A program made the position numbers and the translations under genes. Below, one piece after another: positions 19,808-29,176 of a stretch of 64,000 nucleotides of DNA. The notes beneath the pieces were generated by a model, which worked only from the letters and a program-made list of their open reading frames with translations, was not told where the DNA came from and searched no databases. Position 1 is the first letter of the stretch; every line of letters starts with the position of its first letter. Source of the DNA: a virus; IMG/VR virus record IMGVR_UViG_3300035142_000037, positions 1-64,000 of that record. The stretch is one strand, 5' to 3'.

Positions 19808-21129
19808 TGAGTTGGAAAGATAATCTTTTACAGGCAAGTTTTAGGGGCATTCCGTTTCATGTTCAATCACATGAATATAGCGGGGGCCGGAGAACGTCTA
19901 TATTCTACTTGCTCTATGGAGACAAAGATTTTGAGCCTGTTGTAGAAGATTCAGGCCCGGAAGCGGATGAGTTTTCTATTGAGGCTTATGTAATACAAAA
20001 CGATGCAAGTGATCTTGATTATTTTCCAAGACGAGATAACTTAATTGCAGCCTTAAAAAAATTAGGCCCTGGACTTCTTATTCATCCTTATTTGGGTGAA
20101 ATTAATGTTGCAGTACTCGGGCGTTTTTCTATGTCCGAAACCTGGGAAGAGGGAGGAATTGCCAGGTTTTCAATTACTTGTGCCCGAACTGTAAAAGCAA
20201 CACCTAAGCGTACATCTGAATCAGATTCAAGCATTGACGATAAAGTAGATGACGTAAATGATATAACAGTGGATAATTTTTCTGATCAATATGAACCGGG
20301 AGGTGTTTTTCAGCAGAATACAGCAGATACTTTCACGGCAAATTTAGAAAGTCTTTCTGAACAAATATACCAGATTCAAAGCATAATAAATACATATACA
20401 TCGGAAGCAGTGGCAACAATAGCAGCAATAATACAGACTATTGATAATATAATAGACGCACCATGTGATATAGCAATTGCCGGGCTAAATGCCATGAACC
20501 AGATGCTTAATGTTGTTGGGTTGGGTGTGGAAACGATTACAGGTGGTGTAGTAGGTGGTTGCTCAGGCGTAAGAAGAAATGCTGTAATTCTTGATGGATC
20601 ATATGTAACGGAGAAAATTGGTATTACTACTGCAAAAGCAATTGCCACAGTGGTTGAAAAGGATGCAACGGAAGGGATATATGTTACGGAAGAGCAGGCG
20701 ACTAATGTATTAGCGTTGAAAGATATGAATGATATTTTTCTCATAGGGGTAGGTTGCAAAATCCTTATACGTACAGATTTTACAAGCCAGGAAAAACTTA
20801 TTGAGTATATGAACTTTTTCAGCGATCTTATGGACTATGTTCTTGATCGGATAGGCGATGAGGACACAGACATTAAGACTACCGATATTTATAATGCCTT
20901 ACAGGATTTAAGAAACTTATTTGTAAACGAAATGCTGGAAAAGAATACCAGTATTGCGAAAACAAACGATTATATAGTTCCTGCCGGAAATATGTCATTA
21001 TTACAGCTTGCTTATGATTTGTATGAAGACTTGGACAGGTGCTGTGAAGTTTATGACCGGAATAAGCCCTTGGTGAAACATCCTGGATTTCCGCCCGGGG
21101 GAGAAACGTTGAAGGTATTAAGTGAGTAA
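19807..21129 (+). CDS. DNA circulation protein (Mu gpN/gp43-like)
   Basis: 440 aa; N-terminal W...L..ASFRGIPFHV....GGRR signature. Confidence 0.8.
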   Translation: MSWKDNLLQASFRGIPFHVQSHEYSGGRRTSIFYLLYGDKDFEPVVEDSGPEADEFSIEAYVIQNDASDLDYFPRRDNLIAALKKLGPGLLIHPYLGEINVAVLGRFSMSETWEEGGIARFSITCARTVKATPKRTSESDSSIDDKVDDVNDITVDNFSDQYEPGGVFQQNTADTFTANLESLSEQIYQIQSIINTYTSEAVATIAAIIQTIDNIIDAPCDIAIAGLNAMNQMLNVVGLGVETITGGVVGGCSGVRRNAVILDGSYVTEKIGITTAKAIATVVEKDATEGIYVTEEQATNVLALKDMNDIFLIGVGCKILIRTDFTSQEKLIEYMNFFSDLMDYVLDRIGDEDTDIKTTDIYNALQDLRNLFVNEMLEKNTSIAKTNDYIVPAGNMSLLQLAYDLYEDLDRCCEVYDRNKPLVKHPGFPPGGETLKVLSE

Positions 21130-21130
21130 A

Positions 21131-21170
21131 CCTCCACAAAATGTGGAACTACTTCCACAAAATGTGGAGG
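21131..21170. promoter_or_regulatory. tandem palindromic operator-like sites (2 x TCCACAAAATGTGGA)
   Basis: Two identical 15-bp palindromes 20 bp apart, 9 bp upstream of the -35 at 21179. Confidence 0.5.
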
Positions 21171-21178
21171 TTGTTCCA

Positions 21179-21297
21179 TTGACTTTTTTTGTGATGTTTA
21201 GTAATATAAAATAAGATCTGGTTACGGCAGGTTTAATAAAAGGCTATGAGATCGGGTGAGGTGCCGTAACCACCCCCCGTTCTGATAGCCTTTTTTA
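21179..21297 (+). promoter_or_regulatory. promoter TTGACT-17-TAATAT + leader L1 (interleaved helices, U-tract)
   Basis: Helix A 21220-21229/21262-21271 (10 bp); helix B 21238-21247/21285-21294; U-run then SD and ATG 21313. Confidence 0.55.
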
Positions 21298-21312
21298 ATG
21301 AAAGGAAGAATT

Positions 21313-21690
21313 ATGCAGATAATTATTAATTATTTTAAATCACTCACATTATTTGACATCATTGTAATATGCATGTCAACGTTAAGTAGTATTATTTCTT
21401 TAATACATTTTATAACCGGGAAAATATATATTAAGAGATTAATCAGATTATTTATCTATATAGCTATATGGACTATTATCCCTGTTACAATCTGGTTGTA
21501 TATTATAAATAATTACAATTTACGTATAGTACAAATTTGGTGTGCAATAGTTTTAATAGAAGTTATTTATTTCCTTTGTTTTTTCCCATTATTAGGATTA
21601 AAAGTACTGATTTTATGTACAAAAGATTGGTTAAAAGGTGGGTATATGTTTGAAAATGCAGAAGATTACTTTTGTATTTTTAAGGATTAA
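21313..21690 (+). CDS. multi-pass membrane protein (moron)
   Basis: ATG at 21313 after AAAGGAAG; about 4 hydrophobic helices; own promoter and leader inside the tail operon. Confidence 0.6.
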   Translation: MQIIINYFKSLTLFDIIVICMSTLSSIISLIHFITGKIYIKRLIRLFIYIAIWTIIPVTIWLYIINNYNLRIVQIWCAIVLIEVIYFLCFFPLLGLKVLILCTKDWLKGGYMFENAEDYFCIFKD

Positions 21691-21772
21691 TATCTACCTG
21701 CCGTTCTGATATAATTAAATTTTGCAAAAATGTTGCAACTGAATTGCAAATAAAATCAGTAAAAAATAATCC

Positions 21773-21801
21773 TTGCAATAAAGCTTAAACACTGCTATAA
21801 T
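21773..21801 (+). promoter_or_regulatory. promoter TTGCAA-17-TATAAT, short leader for 21813
   Basis: Same -35 context (AATCCTTGCAAT) and ATCAGTAAAA box; three extra TTGCAA hexamers at 21722-21750. Confidence 0.5.
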
Positions 21802-21812
21802 TAACTCATTAA

Positions 21813-22871
21813 ATGGCCGATGTAAAGCTAAAAGTTAATAAAAATATATACGCTGCCTGGACAAAAGTAAATATCTATTCAACTATGGATGCCATATCCG
21901 GAATAGCAGAATTGGAGTCAGTTAATTTTTATCAGGGCAATCTATCCGATTGGGAATTCAAACTCGGTGATAATTTTCAACTGCTGATAGATGATCAACT
22001 TGTAATGACCGGGTATATAGATCAGATTGATCTAATCTACAAAAACCGGATGCATTTTCTTAAATTGATACTCCGTGATAAAACGGCAGACCTGGTAGAT
22101 TGCAATTGGAATGAAGATGTTACGGAATGGAAAAACCAGACAGTATTGAATCTCACGCAGAATCTTTGCAATCCTTTCAATATTCAGGGTGCCAGTGATT
22201 CAGAAGTTGCCGGGGAAATTGGAAAGATTATTGAAACTTTCAAAATAAATGAGGGTGAATGTATTTCTGACGCAATAATGCGATATTGTAATCAGTTTGA
22301 TTTGATTCCCCTGTCTTATGGTGATGGATATCTTACTCTTTCAAAAAGTACAAATACTAAAAAAAGCTATGATGCAATTGATCTGAATGCAAATGTGGTT
22401 TCCAGGATTGCTGTATATAGCAACTTAGAAAGATTTAGTAATTATATAGTAAAGGGGATGGGATGTGGTACGGATCAAAAAAATAATTATACAGATTACA
22501 TACAGCCTGCTGGGAGTGTTGAAGACTCGGTAATACAACGATATAGACCAATAACTTTTTTCGATGACGTAGTCACGGATGCGGGAAAGTGTGAAGAGCG
22601 GGCAAAATGGATTAAGCAGGTCAGGGCCGGTCAATCAAGGGGACTTAATTATACGGTTGTAGGATGGGGTCAATCAAATGGGGATATATGGCGGATTAAC
22701 AGGATAGTCCGGGTATCGGACCCTATGGCCGGAATTGACAAGGATATGCTTATATCTAGTGTGCGGTATACGTTTAGGAATGAAGAAGGCACAAAAACAG
22801 AGTTGACAGTGGTAGATAAAAACACGTATACTAAAGTACAGAGAGATATCAAAACGGAGTTTGATCTATGA
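21813..22871 (+). CDS. baseplate hub protein (Mu gp44 / late control D-like)
   Basis: 352 aa; position after the DNA circulation protein; near-leaderless start after a TTGCAA-17-TATAAT promoter. Confidence 0.7.
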   Translation: MADVKLKVNKNIYAAWTKVNIYSTMDAISGIAELESVNFYQGNLSDWEFKLGDNFQLLIDDQLVMTGYIDQIDLIYKNRMHFLKLILRDKTADLVDCNWNEDVTEWKNQTVLNLTQNLCNPFNIQGASDSEVAGEIGKIIETFKINEGECISDAIMRYCNQFDLIPLSYGDGYLTLSKSTNTKKSYDAIDLNANVVSRIAVYSNLERFSNYIVKGMGCGTDQKNNYTDYIQPAGSVEDSVIQRYRPITFFDDVVTDAGKCEERAKWIKQVRAGQSRGLNYTVVGWGQSNGDIWRINRIVRVSDPMAGIDKDMLISSVRYTFRNEEGTKTELTVVDKNTYTKVQRDIKTEFDL

Positions 22872-23002
22872 AAAAAATGCTTTGTCCATTATGTAAATGG
22901 CGGCAAAATAAAAAATGTAGAGCAAGAGATGGGAAAATTCCAGATTCATTATTAACTTGCTTAGCATTTGAATTAAAGAGAGATGATAGGAAAACTGATT
23001 GA
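22868..23002 (+). CDS. hypothetical small Cys protein
   Basis: 44 aa, ATGA-coupled; CPLC....C motif; overlaps the gp45-like start by 20 nt. Confidence 0.3.
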   Translation: MKKMLCPLCKWRQNKKCRARDGKIPDSLLTCLAFELKRDDRKTD

Positions 23003-23546
23003 GAAAATAAAGAAAAAGCTTTTTCTCATAATAGGCCGGGGAATACTTGCGCTTGTGGAAAGTGCATCTGAAAAGACTATGAAAATCCAAATTGATGGGT
23101 TATCCGGGGAAACGATAACCGATGTGGAAAGATTGCAGGAGTATGGGTTTGAAAGCTATCCTGAGCAGGGGGAAGTGGTAATATTATCCCCTGGGGGTAA
23201 CCGTGATCAAGCAGTGTGCATAAAAGTACATGACCGTGAAAATAGACCGAAAACATTAAATGCTGGGGAAGTATGTGTATGGAACAAAGCTGGGCAAACC
23301 ATTTTGTTGACATCAACCCAGGTTTTAATTTGTGCAGGAAATGAATCCTTTATAAAAGGGGATACAGCGAAAACAGAAATGGATAAAGATCAGACGCTTA
23401 TGAGTGCATTGCAGGCTGCCATGACTGCATGGGTTCCCGTTCCCGGGGATGGGGGGGGAGCTTTAAAAATTGCTCTGGCCGCTTTTCTTGCTTTGCCACA
23501 AGCAAGCTATGCAAATATTTTGAGTAGTAAAATCAAAGGTGAGTAA
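22983..23546 (+). CDS. baseplate spike/assembly protein (Mu gp45-like)
   Basis: 187 aa; ..ERLQEYGFESYP..G.VVILSPGGNRD....GEV.VWN motif pattern of gp45/gpV. Confidence 0.75.
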   Translation: MIGKLIEKIKKKLFLIIGRGILALVESASEKTMKIQIDGLSGETITDVERLQEYGFESYPEQGEVVILSPGGNRDQAVCIKVHDRENRPKTLNAGEVCVWNKAGQTILLTSTQVLICAGNESFIKGDTAKTEMDKDQTLMSALQAAMTAWVPVPGDGGGALKIALAAFLALPQASYANILSSKIKGE

Positions 23547-23773
23547 TGGATGAGAAAATAATAAAAAATGGTTCTATTTCAATTCGTGTGGGAAAATATT
23601 GTGATTGGAAGGATAAAAAAGATTTATGGTATATTAATATAAAAGATGCAAATATTTTCAATCTAAACGAAAGTAAAGGGTTTAAAACTATCGAAGAAAT
23701 AACAAAATATATAAATATAGAGTTTCAAAAAATTGCTCAAAGCTTAAGGAAGCAGGAATGGCAAGTGATATAA
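23546..23773 (+). CDS. hypothetical protein
   Basis: 75 aa, AAGGTGAG SD; inserted between gp45- and gp46-like genes. Confidence 0.45.
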   Translation: MDEKIIKNGSISIRVGKYCDWKDKKDLWYINIKDANIFNLNESKGFKTIEEITKYINIEFQKIAQSLRKQEWQVI

Positions 23774-24222
23774 AAATACAGTTCGATGAGCTTACACAGG
23801 AGTTTGATTTTTCATACAATAATGGCGATTTAGTCCGGGAGGAAGGACTGGAAACGGCTGTATTGATATCGCTTTTCACAGACCGACGGGCAAATGAAGA
23901 TGATGAATTAATCAACCAGGGGCAATACCGGGGATGGTGGGGGGATCTGCTATCCGAAGATGATCAGATAGGTTCCCGGTTATGGCTGATAAGACAAAAA
24001 GCTACTCAGCAGAATGTTAATCTTGCAAAGGAATACATCATAGAAGCATTACAATGGATGATTGATGATAGAGTGGTTGCTAAAATAGATGTGGAAACGG
24101 AAGCACAGGGACCGGCAGAAAATAAAAGGCTTGCAGCACGGATAAGAATATATTATAATGATGGGAACGTGGAAGCGATAGAGTTTAAAAATTTATGGGA
24201 GGCGCAGATTGCCGTTTCTTAG
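23758..24222 (+). CDS. baseplate protein (Mu gp46 family)
   Basis: 154 aa; GLETAVLISLFTDRRA...WWGD...GSRLWL signature. Confidence 0.85.
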   Translation: MASDIKIQFDELTQEFDFSYNNGDLVREEGLETAVLISLFTDRRANEDDELINQGQYRGWWGDLLSEDDQIGSRLWLIRQKATQQNVNLAKEYIIEALQWMIDDRVVAKIDVETEAQGPAENKRLAARIRIYYNDGNVEAIEFKNLWEAQIAVS

Positions 24223-25324
24223 ACCGACACTTTCAGAACTATACGAACGAAACAAGGGCGATATAAAGAATGCTCTTGCAGAACCGCAAACTCTTTTACG
24301 GCGGTCGGCTTTATTGATTCTTGCAGCGATGCACTCTGGGGGTTTACATCTACAGTATGGTTTCCTTCAATATATGAGAGAACAGATTTTCGCACTTACG
24401 GCAGATACTGAAAACCTGGAGAATCATGGGAATGAGTTTGGTATTATACGAAAAGAAGGAGCAAAGTCTACCGGCCAGGTAACAATAACTGGAACCGTGG
24501 GGCAAACAATCCCTGCATTGACTCAATTGCAAAGTTCATCCGGGAATATATATCTTACAGATGATGCCTACACTATTGGCGGGGCCGGAAGTGTAACGGC
24601 AAATATAACCGCACAGGATTATGGAGATGATTATGATGAAGATGGGGGAATAACTTTGAATTTCATTTCTCCAATTTCAGGCATAAATACAAACTGTACA
24701 GTAAGTTCTGCCGGAATAACCGGGGGAACGGATGAGGAAGATGATGAAAATTACCGAGAACGAATATTATTAAGGAAACGGCGGACACCACATGGCGGGG
24801 CTAGTTTCGATTATGAGGCTTGGATGTTGGAAGTCTCTGGGGTAACACGGGCCTGGTCAATTCCACAATATTACGGGGATGGTACAATAGGATGTGCATT
24901 TGTATATGATATCGAAGAAAATGGAGAAAAAAGTATAATTATACCAAATTCGACACAGCGGGAAGCGGTAAGACAATATATTCTTACACATATCAATCCA
25001 TCTACTAACACAACAGTAGGGGCTCCAGTAACAGCAGAACATGGAATTATAATGATTGAACTACGGGCCAGAGCAATTAACTTCAATATACAGATATATC
25101 CTAATACAGCGGATGTCCAGGCAAGTGCACGGAGTAGATTGCAGGATCTTATTGACACCTACGGGGGACCGGAACAAAATGTAGCATTATCACAAATGAC
25201 AGAGGCTATCGGATCGGCGGTGGGAGAAATACGGCATAGAATAATAAGTCCCACGGATGATGAAGTGGCCGCATCAAATGAAGTACATACGTTAGGGGAG
25301 GTGACATTTTTAGCTTATGAGTAG
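24209..25324 (+). CDS. baseplate J-like protein (Mu gp47)
   Basis: 371 aa, TTG start after GGGAGG; gene order and size. Confidence 0.8.
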   Translation: MPFLRPTLSELYERNKGDIKNALAEPQTLLRRSALLILAAMHSGGLHLQYGFLQYMREQIFALTADTENLENHGNEFGIIRKEGAKSTGQVTITGTVGQTIPALTQLQSSSGNIYLTDDAYTIGGAGSVTANITAQDYGDDYDEDGGITLNFISPISGINTNCTVSSAGITGGTDEEDDENYRERILLRKRRTPHGGASFDYEAWMLEVSGVTRAWSIPQYYGDGTIGCAFVYDIEENGEKSIIIPNSTQREAVRQYILTHINPSTNTTVGAPVTAEHGIIMIELRARAINFNIQIYPNTADVQASARSRLQDLIDTYGGPEQNVALSQMTEAIGSAVGEIRHRIISPTDDEVAASNEVHTLGEVTFLAYE

Positions 25325-26111
25325 AAGCGTAGAACAATACAGAAATCTATTACACTCATTACTTCCCCAGGGAGAAATCTGGAAAAAAGATAATTCAAAA
25401 GTACTTGCAAAAATATTGCTTGGTTTAGCATATGAATTCAATCGTATAGATATAAGAACAGAAGAATTATTGACAGAACGGGATAGCCGGTATGTTGAAG
25501 AATTGCTTACAGAGTTTGAAGCAGAGTATGGATTACCGGAAGAAGGGCTGGAACTTGAATCGACAACGGAGCGTCGAAGAAATGTTGTGCACTCAAAAGT
25601 AATTGCAATAGGCGATCAGGATGAGGATTACTTTATCGCAATTGCGGAAGCCTTAGGCTATACTATAGAGATTGAAACTTTCCGGCCAGCCTGGGCAGGT
25701 GTGGCAACGGCCGGGGACACATGCGGTGATCAGAATGTGCTATTCAAATGGATCGTGTGGGTTGATGCTAATGCTATAGAATATAGCATTGACGTGAATC
25801 TTACACAGTTAATTCACGATATTGTGAAAGTAAAACCAGGACATACACAGGTATTTTTTCGGTGGAAAGGACCAGCTTTTTCACGGGCATTTAGCAGGGC
25901 GTTTGACAGTGTACCGCATTATGATAATTACTGGCCCGAATCCGAAAATGCTTTTAGTCCTGCTTTTTCAGATGCCTTTCCAAATAATACAAGTTATCAT
26001 GGTGTTAATTATACGGGTGCTTTTTCGCAAGCTTTTTCAATAGCTTTTGATAGAAAATCAGGAGGGGCATTCAGTAAAGCTTTTGCACAAGCATTCGATC
26101 AACCAAACTAA
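25317..26111 (+). CDS. baseplate/tail protein (Mu gp48, DUF2313-like) with C-terminal AFSxAF repeats
   Basis: 264 aa; N-terminal YRNLLHSLLPQGEIW signature; four or five AFSxAFSxAF-type repeats at nt 25875-26099. Confidence 0.8.
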   Translation: MSRSVEQYRNLLHSLLPQGEIWKKDNSKVLAKILLGLAYEFNRIDIRTEELLTERDSRYVEELLTEFEAEYGLPEEGLELESTTERRRNVVHSKVIAIGDQDEDYFIAIAEALGYTIEIETFRPAWAGVATAGDTCGDQNVLFKWIVWVDANAIEYSIDVNLTQLIHDIVKVKPGHTQVFFRWKGPAFSRAFSRAFDSVPHYDNYWPESENAFSPAFSDAFPNNTSYHGVNYTGAFSQAFSIAFDRKSGGAFSKAFAQAFDQPN

Positions 26112-26122
26112 GGAGGTAAACA

Positions 26123-26725
26123 ATGGCAGATACAGCGAGAACCAGGGCTGCTATATTAAGTCTTTTTGCGGATAATGTCACGGGGCAATGTGGGGCACAG
26201 GATCAGAGAGATTTCATTGTAACGGTGATGCCGGATGATTTCGTGAATCCAGGTGATTTTTTTACACGGCCACAGGCAAAATATCATTATACTGACAAAA
26301 CTGCATGGGGGTGGATTGAATATTCACAATTCATTTATCAAGCATGTAGTTTTGGCAATATTCTTACCATGGATGAGTCAACAGGTGGATGGTATTTGGC
26401 AGATGCGGCGGATTCAGCATTACAAGGGTTGCTTGCAATGGCTATGGATTCATATGCAGCAAACGAAAGTCAAGGGCAGGTATTGAAGGAAGGACTTGTG
26501 TGTAATTCGGTATTTTCCACAGTTTTTTCTAGGTATATCGGAAGGCCGGTTTATTTAGACAGAACCGGAGACGGCAGTATTACAGTAAGTGTCTCGGTAA
26601 CTTCGGCTGCAAGTTTTATCAGAATTGGTGCTGTGGTCATAAGCACTCCGATGTCGATTACATCGGCTGACAGTACAAGTGCTTATTGGTATTTCAAACC
26701 GGATTGGGCAGTAATAAGTGCATAA
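26123..26725 (+). CDS. putative tail fibre-associated protein
   Basis: 200 aa, AAGGAGG SD; N-terminal R.AILSLFADN.TG....QD.RDF pattern seen in phage fibre-type proteins. Confidence 0.5.
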   Translation: MADTARTRAAILSLFADNVTGQCGAQDQRDFIVTVMPDDFVNPGDFFTRPQAKYHYTDKTAWGWIEYSQFIYQACSFGNILTMDESTGGWYLADAADSALQGLLAMAMDSYAANESQGQVLKEGLVCNSVFSTVFSRYIGRPVYLDRTGDGSITVSVSVTSAASFIRIGAVVISTPMSITSADSTSAYWYFKPDWAVISA

Positions 26726-26776
26726 TATAAGGAGAAAAAATGGATATTCATTCTATTATTAATAGGAGGTATTGGT

Positions 26777-28354
26777 ATGCATAGGACAGAAGGCGAAAAT
26801 GCTGTGCTTGATTTAAATGGGCATAGAATATATACAGAAGGTCCACCACCAACCACTATTACAGCAGCAAGTTTAAATGCGCTACAAGAAGAAATTTGCC
26901 ATGTAATTGAACAGGCAGGATTTACACTAAAAACAGCACAAACAGATACGCATACGCAATTATATGAAGCTATTGCGACATTGGGCAATCCTTACGATTA
27001 CGTAGTATATAGTAATCCTACTTTTTTAGATGCAATTGAAAGAGTGGCAGCAAATCAATATAAATTCAAGGATAATATTGAATCAATACATTTCAAATCT
27101 TCTGAATATTCGATGTCTTATGTTTTGTCAGGCGGGGATACATGGGGATATCTTGAAACAAATCAATGCAAATATATAGATTTTGAAATGGGCGCTTATA
27201 TTAATATGGGAAATGAACGGGGATATATTGAAGCAAACACAGAAGGATGTTTGTTGCAAAACGTAAGTATTAGAGGGCTTGGCACTGTTGCTTCTGCAAT
27301 TGCAAGGTCATATTTATTGAATGCTAGTTATGTCACATTTAATAATTGCGATTCTCAAATCAGATTAACAAATACTGATTGTATTGTATTTGAAGGATCA
27401 GGAACAAGCTTACATAATGATACTTCGGTTTATAATGGATGTAAGGTGATCAACTTTACTTCATCTAGTGGAAATTTAAATATTATGAAGGATACAAAGA
27501 ATGTAAGTAACTTCATAATATATGATATTGAATCTACTTCTGGAAGTGCTTTTGATAATATTTTTATAATGGAAAATTGTTATAATTGCAATAACATAAC
27601 GGTTAAAAAAATTGATCATAGCGGAAGTGGTGATATAGTCGGGATTAAGAACTGTTATAATGTTTCTAATATTTATATAGAAGATGTCGACGGAAATGAT
27701 GATTTTTTCGGAATATCCTTAAGTTATTTTTTAAGTAATATATATATAATAGACATAGATATGGGCGATTCTTGTTTTGGAATTTATAGTGGTGGAAATT
27801 TTACAAATGTATACGTAGCAGATATGACTGGGGTAGTTTGTTATGGATTTTATAGTCCTGGGTTACTTTGGGGCTTGAATAATTGTAAGGCCATTCAATT
27901 AGATGCAACTGGAAATTGCTATGGATTTTATAACTGCGCCAACTTATCAAGTTGTTATGCAGAGGATATAGATAGTTCCGGTGGTAATTATCATGGATTT
28001 TATCAATGTAATCAATTATCTTCCTGCTATGCAACAGATTGCGAAGATGGATTTAATACATGTAAGCAAGTAACTGGATGTCAAGCTGAAGCAAATGATA
28101 ATGATGGATTCAATGATTGTAATAATATAGCAGGGAGTCGGGCAACATCAAACGGTAACGATGGATATAATACTTGCACCTGCATATCAGCTTGTCGGGC
28201 AAATACCAATACAGGAAATGGCTATAATGGTTGCAATACCATGACGGCGAATAGAGCAGCCGGGAATACAGCAGCACAGTATAATAATTCATTTGCCGAT
28301 CTTGCGGGATTAAATGCATGCGCTGACACCTCGTTAGGCGGTTATAATGGATAG
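26777..28354 (+). CDS. tail fibre / receptor-binding protein with Cys-rich C-terminal repeats
   Basis: 525 aa; N-terminal ...SLNALQEEICHVIEQAGF.L......QLYEAI fibre motif; C-terminal about 20-aa repeats G(F/Y)..C..(L/I)..C.A. Confidence 0.65.
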   Translation: MHRTEGENAVLDLNGHRIYTEGPPPTTITAASLNALQEEICHVIEQAGFTLKTAQTDTHTQLYEAIATLGNPYDYVVYSNPTFLDAIERVAANQYKFKDNIESIHFKSSEYSMSYVLSGGDTWGYLETNQCKYIDFEMGAYINMGNERGYIEANTEGCLLQNVSIRGLGTVASAIARSYLLNASYVTFNNCDSQIRLTNTDCIVFEGSGTSLHNDTSVYNGCKVINFTSSSGNLNIMKDTKNVSNFIIYDIESTSGSAFDNIFIMENCYNCNNITVKKIDHSGSGDIVGIKNCYNVSNIYIEDVDGNDDFFGISLSYFLSNIYIIDIDMGDSCFGIYSGGNFTNVYVADMTGVVCYGFYSPGLLWGLNNCKAIQLDATGNCYGFYNCANLSSCYAEDIDSSGGNYHGFYQCNQLSSCYATDCEDGFNTCKQVTGCQAEANDNDGFNDCNNIAGSRATSNGNDGYNTCTCISACRANTNTGNGYNGCNTMTANRAAGNTAAQYNNSFADLAGLNACADTSLGGYNG

Positions 28355-28409
28355 AGAAAAATGGGTCAAACTCCTTGGAATAAGGGATTGAAAATGAATA
28401 GGAAGAATA

Positions 28410-28673
28410 ATGATGAAACTTAAAATAACAACAGACAAAACTTTTCGTATGTACGGTATAGATTCAATCACGCCGCTGCAAAGTATAGATGGCCGGCAGG
28501 TTGATTATCGATATTCCGATCCTGCGGATACTAATCCTGTGTATAATTACTTTGAAATTGCGATGAACGGAAACACAAAAGTGCTTGCCGTTTCTGGAAA
28601 AGTAGAACAATGGGAAATCCCGGACACCGCACAAAAAGTAGATGAATGGGAAAAACCAAATAAAAATAAATAG
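28410..28673 (+). CDS. hypothetical protein
   Basis: 87 aa, AGGAAG SD. Confidence 0.45.
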   Translation: MMKLKITTDKTFRMYGIDSITPLQSIDGRQVDYRYSDPADTNPVYNYFEIAMNGNTKVLAVSGKVEQWEIPDTAQKVDEWEKPNKNK

Positions 28674-28683
28674 GGGTAAAATT

Positions 28684-29061
28684 ATGGATAAAAACATGAA
28701 GGAAGCTTTTGTCCAGTCTGGTACGACTGGAAAAGTAATCATTGGATTTTGTCTGATAGTTATGATTTTTCTTGGTGTATTTGCGTGGCTTTCAGCAGAG
28801 GGGAATGCGCAGGGAAATCGGCTGATCATGAAATTAACAGAGCTTATTGAAGAGCAAAAACAATTAGAATTTTTCAAGAAATGCGTTCATGAAGATTTAG
28901 GGGAGGCAACAATATATTATAATGATGAGTTAATACCTGAAATAGGGAAAATATTAACCGAAAATAATATACCCTTTCCCCAAGGGCTTAATGTTAAGTT
29001 TATGAAGTATCGGGAAAAAATGGAAGCAATCAAGGATTGTTTGATTTTTCCAGATAGATAG
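28684..29061 (+). CDS. membrane-anchored protein
   Basis: ATG at 28684; one N-terminal TM helix (VIIGFCLIVMIFLGVFAWL); followed by a terminator. Confidence 0.5.
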   Translation: MDKNMKEAFVQSGTTGKVIIGFCLIVMIFLGVFAWLSAEGNAQGNRLIMKLTELIEEQKQLEFFKKCVHEDLGEATIYYNDELIPEIGKILTENNIPFPQGLNVKFMKYREKMEAIKDCLIFPDR

Positions 29062-29147
29062 CTTAATTTTTACTTAACAGTTACAACAATTAGTTTCTGT
29101 CACTCCCGCACCCACACCATGAGGTTTATTGGTAGTCATACCACTTT

Positions 29148-29172
29148 AGGCAGCCGTGTGCTGCCTTTTTTT
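29148..29172 (+). terminator. intrinsic terminator
   Basis: AGGCAG-7nt-CTGCCT followed by T7. Confidence 0.7.
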
Positions 29173-29176
29173 ATGC

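Noticed and set aside
846-20759. Many 60-150-aa ORFs antisense to or in alternative frames of structural genes, e.g. 846-1115(-), 8632-8955(-), 10176-10370(+), 15600-16058(-), 16045-16509(-), 20376-20759(-)
   Set aside because: They lie inside strongly supported genes and lack SD sites. Their translations are low-complexity or Cys/Ser/Pro/Ile-rich, typical of non-coding frames.
28364-28423. 19-aa ORF MGQTPWNKGLKMNRKNNDET resembling a NUMOD3/homing-endonuclease motif
   Set aside because: It is too short to call. At most it is a remnant of a homing endonuclease gene downstream of the fibre gene.
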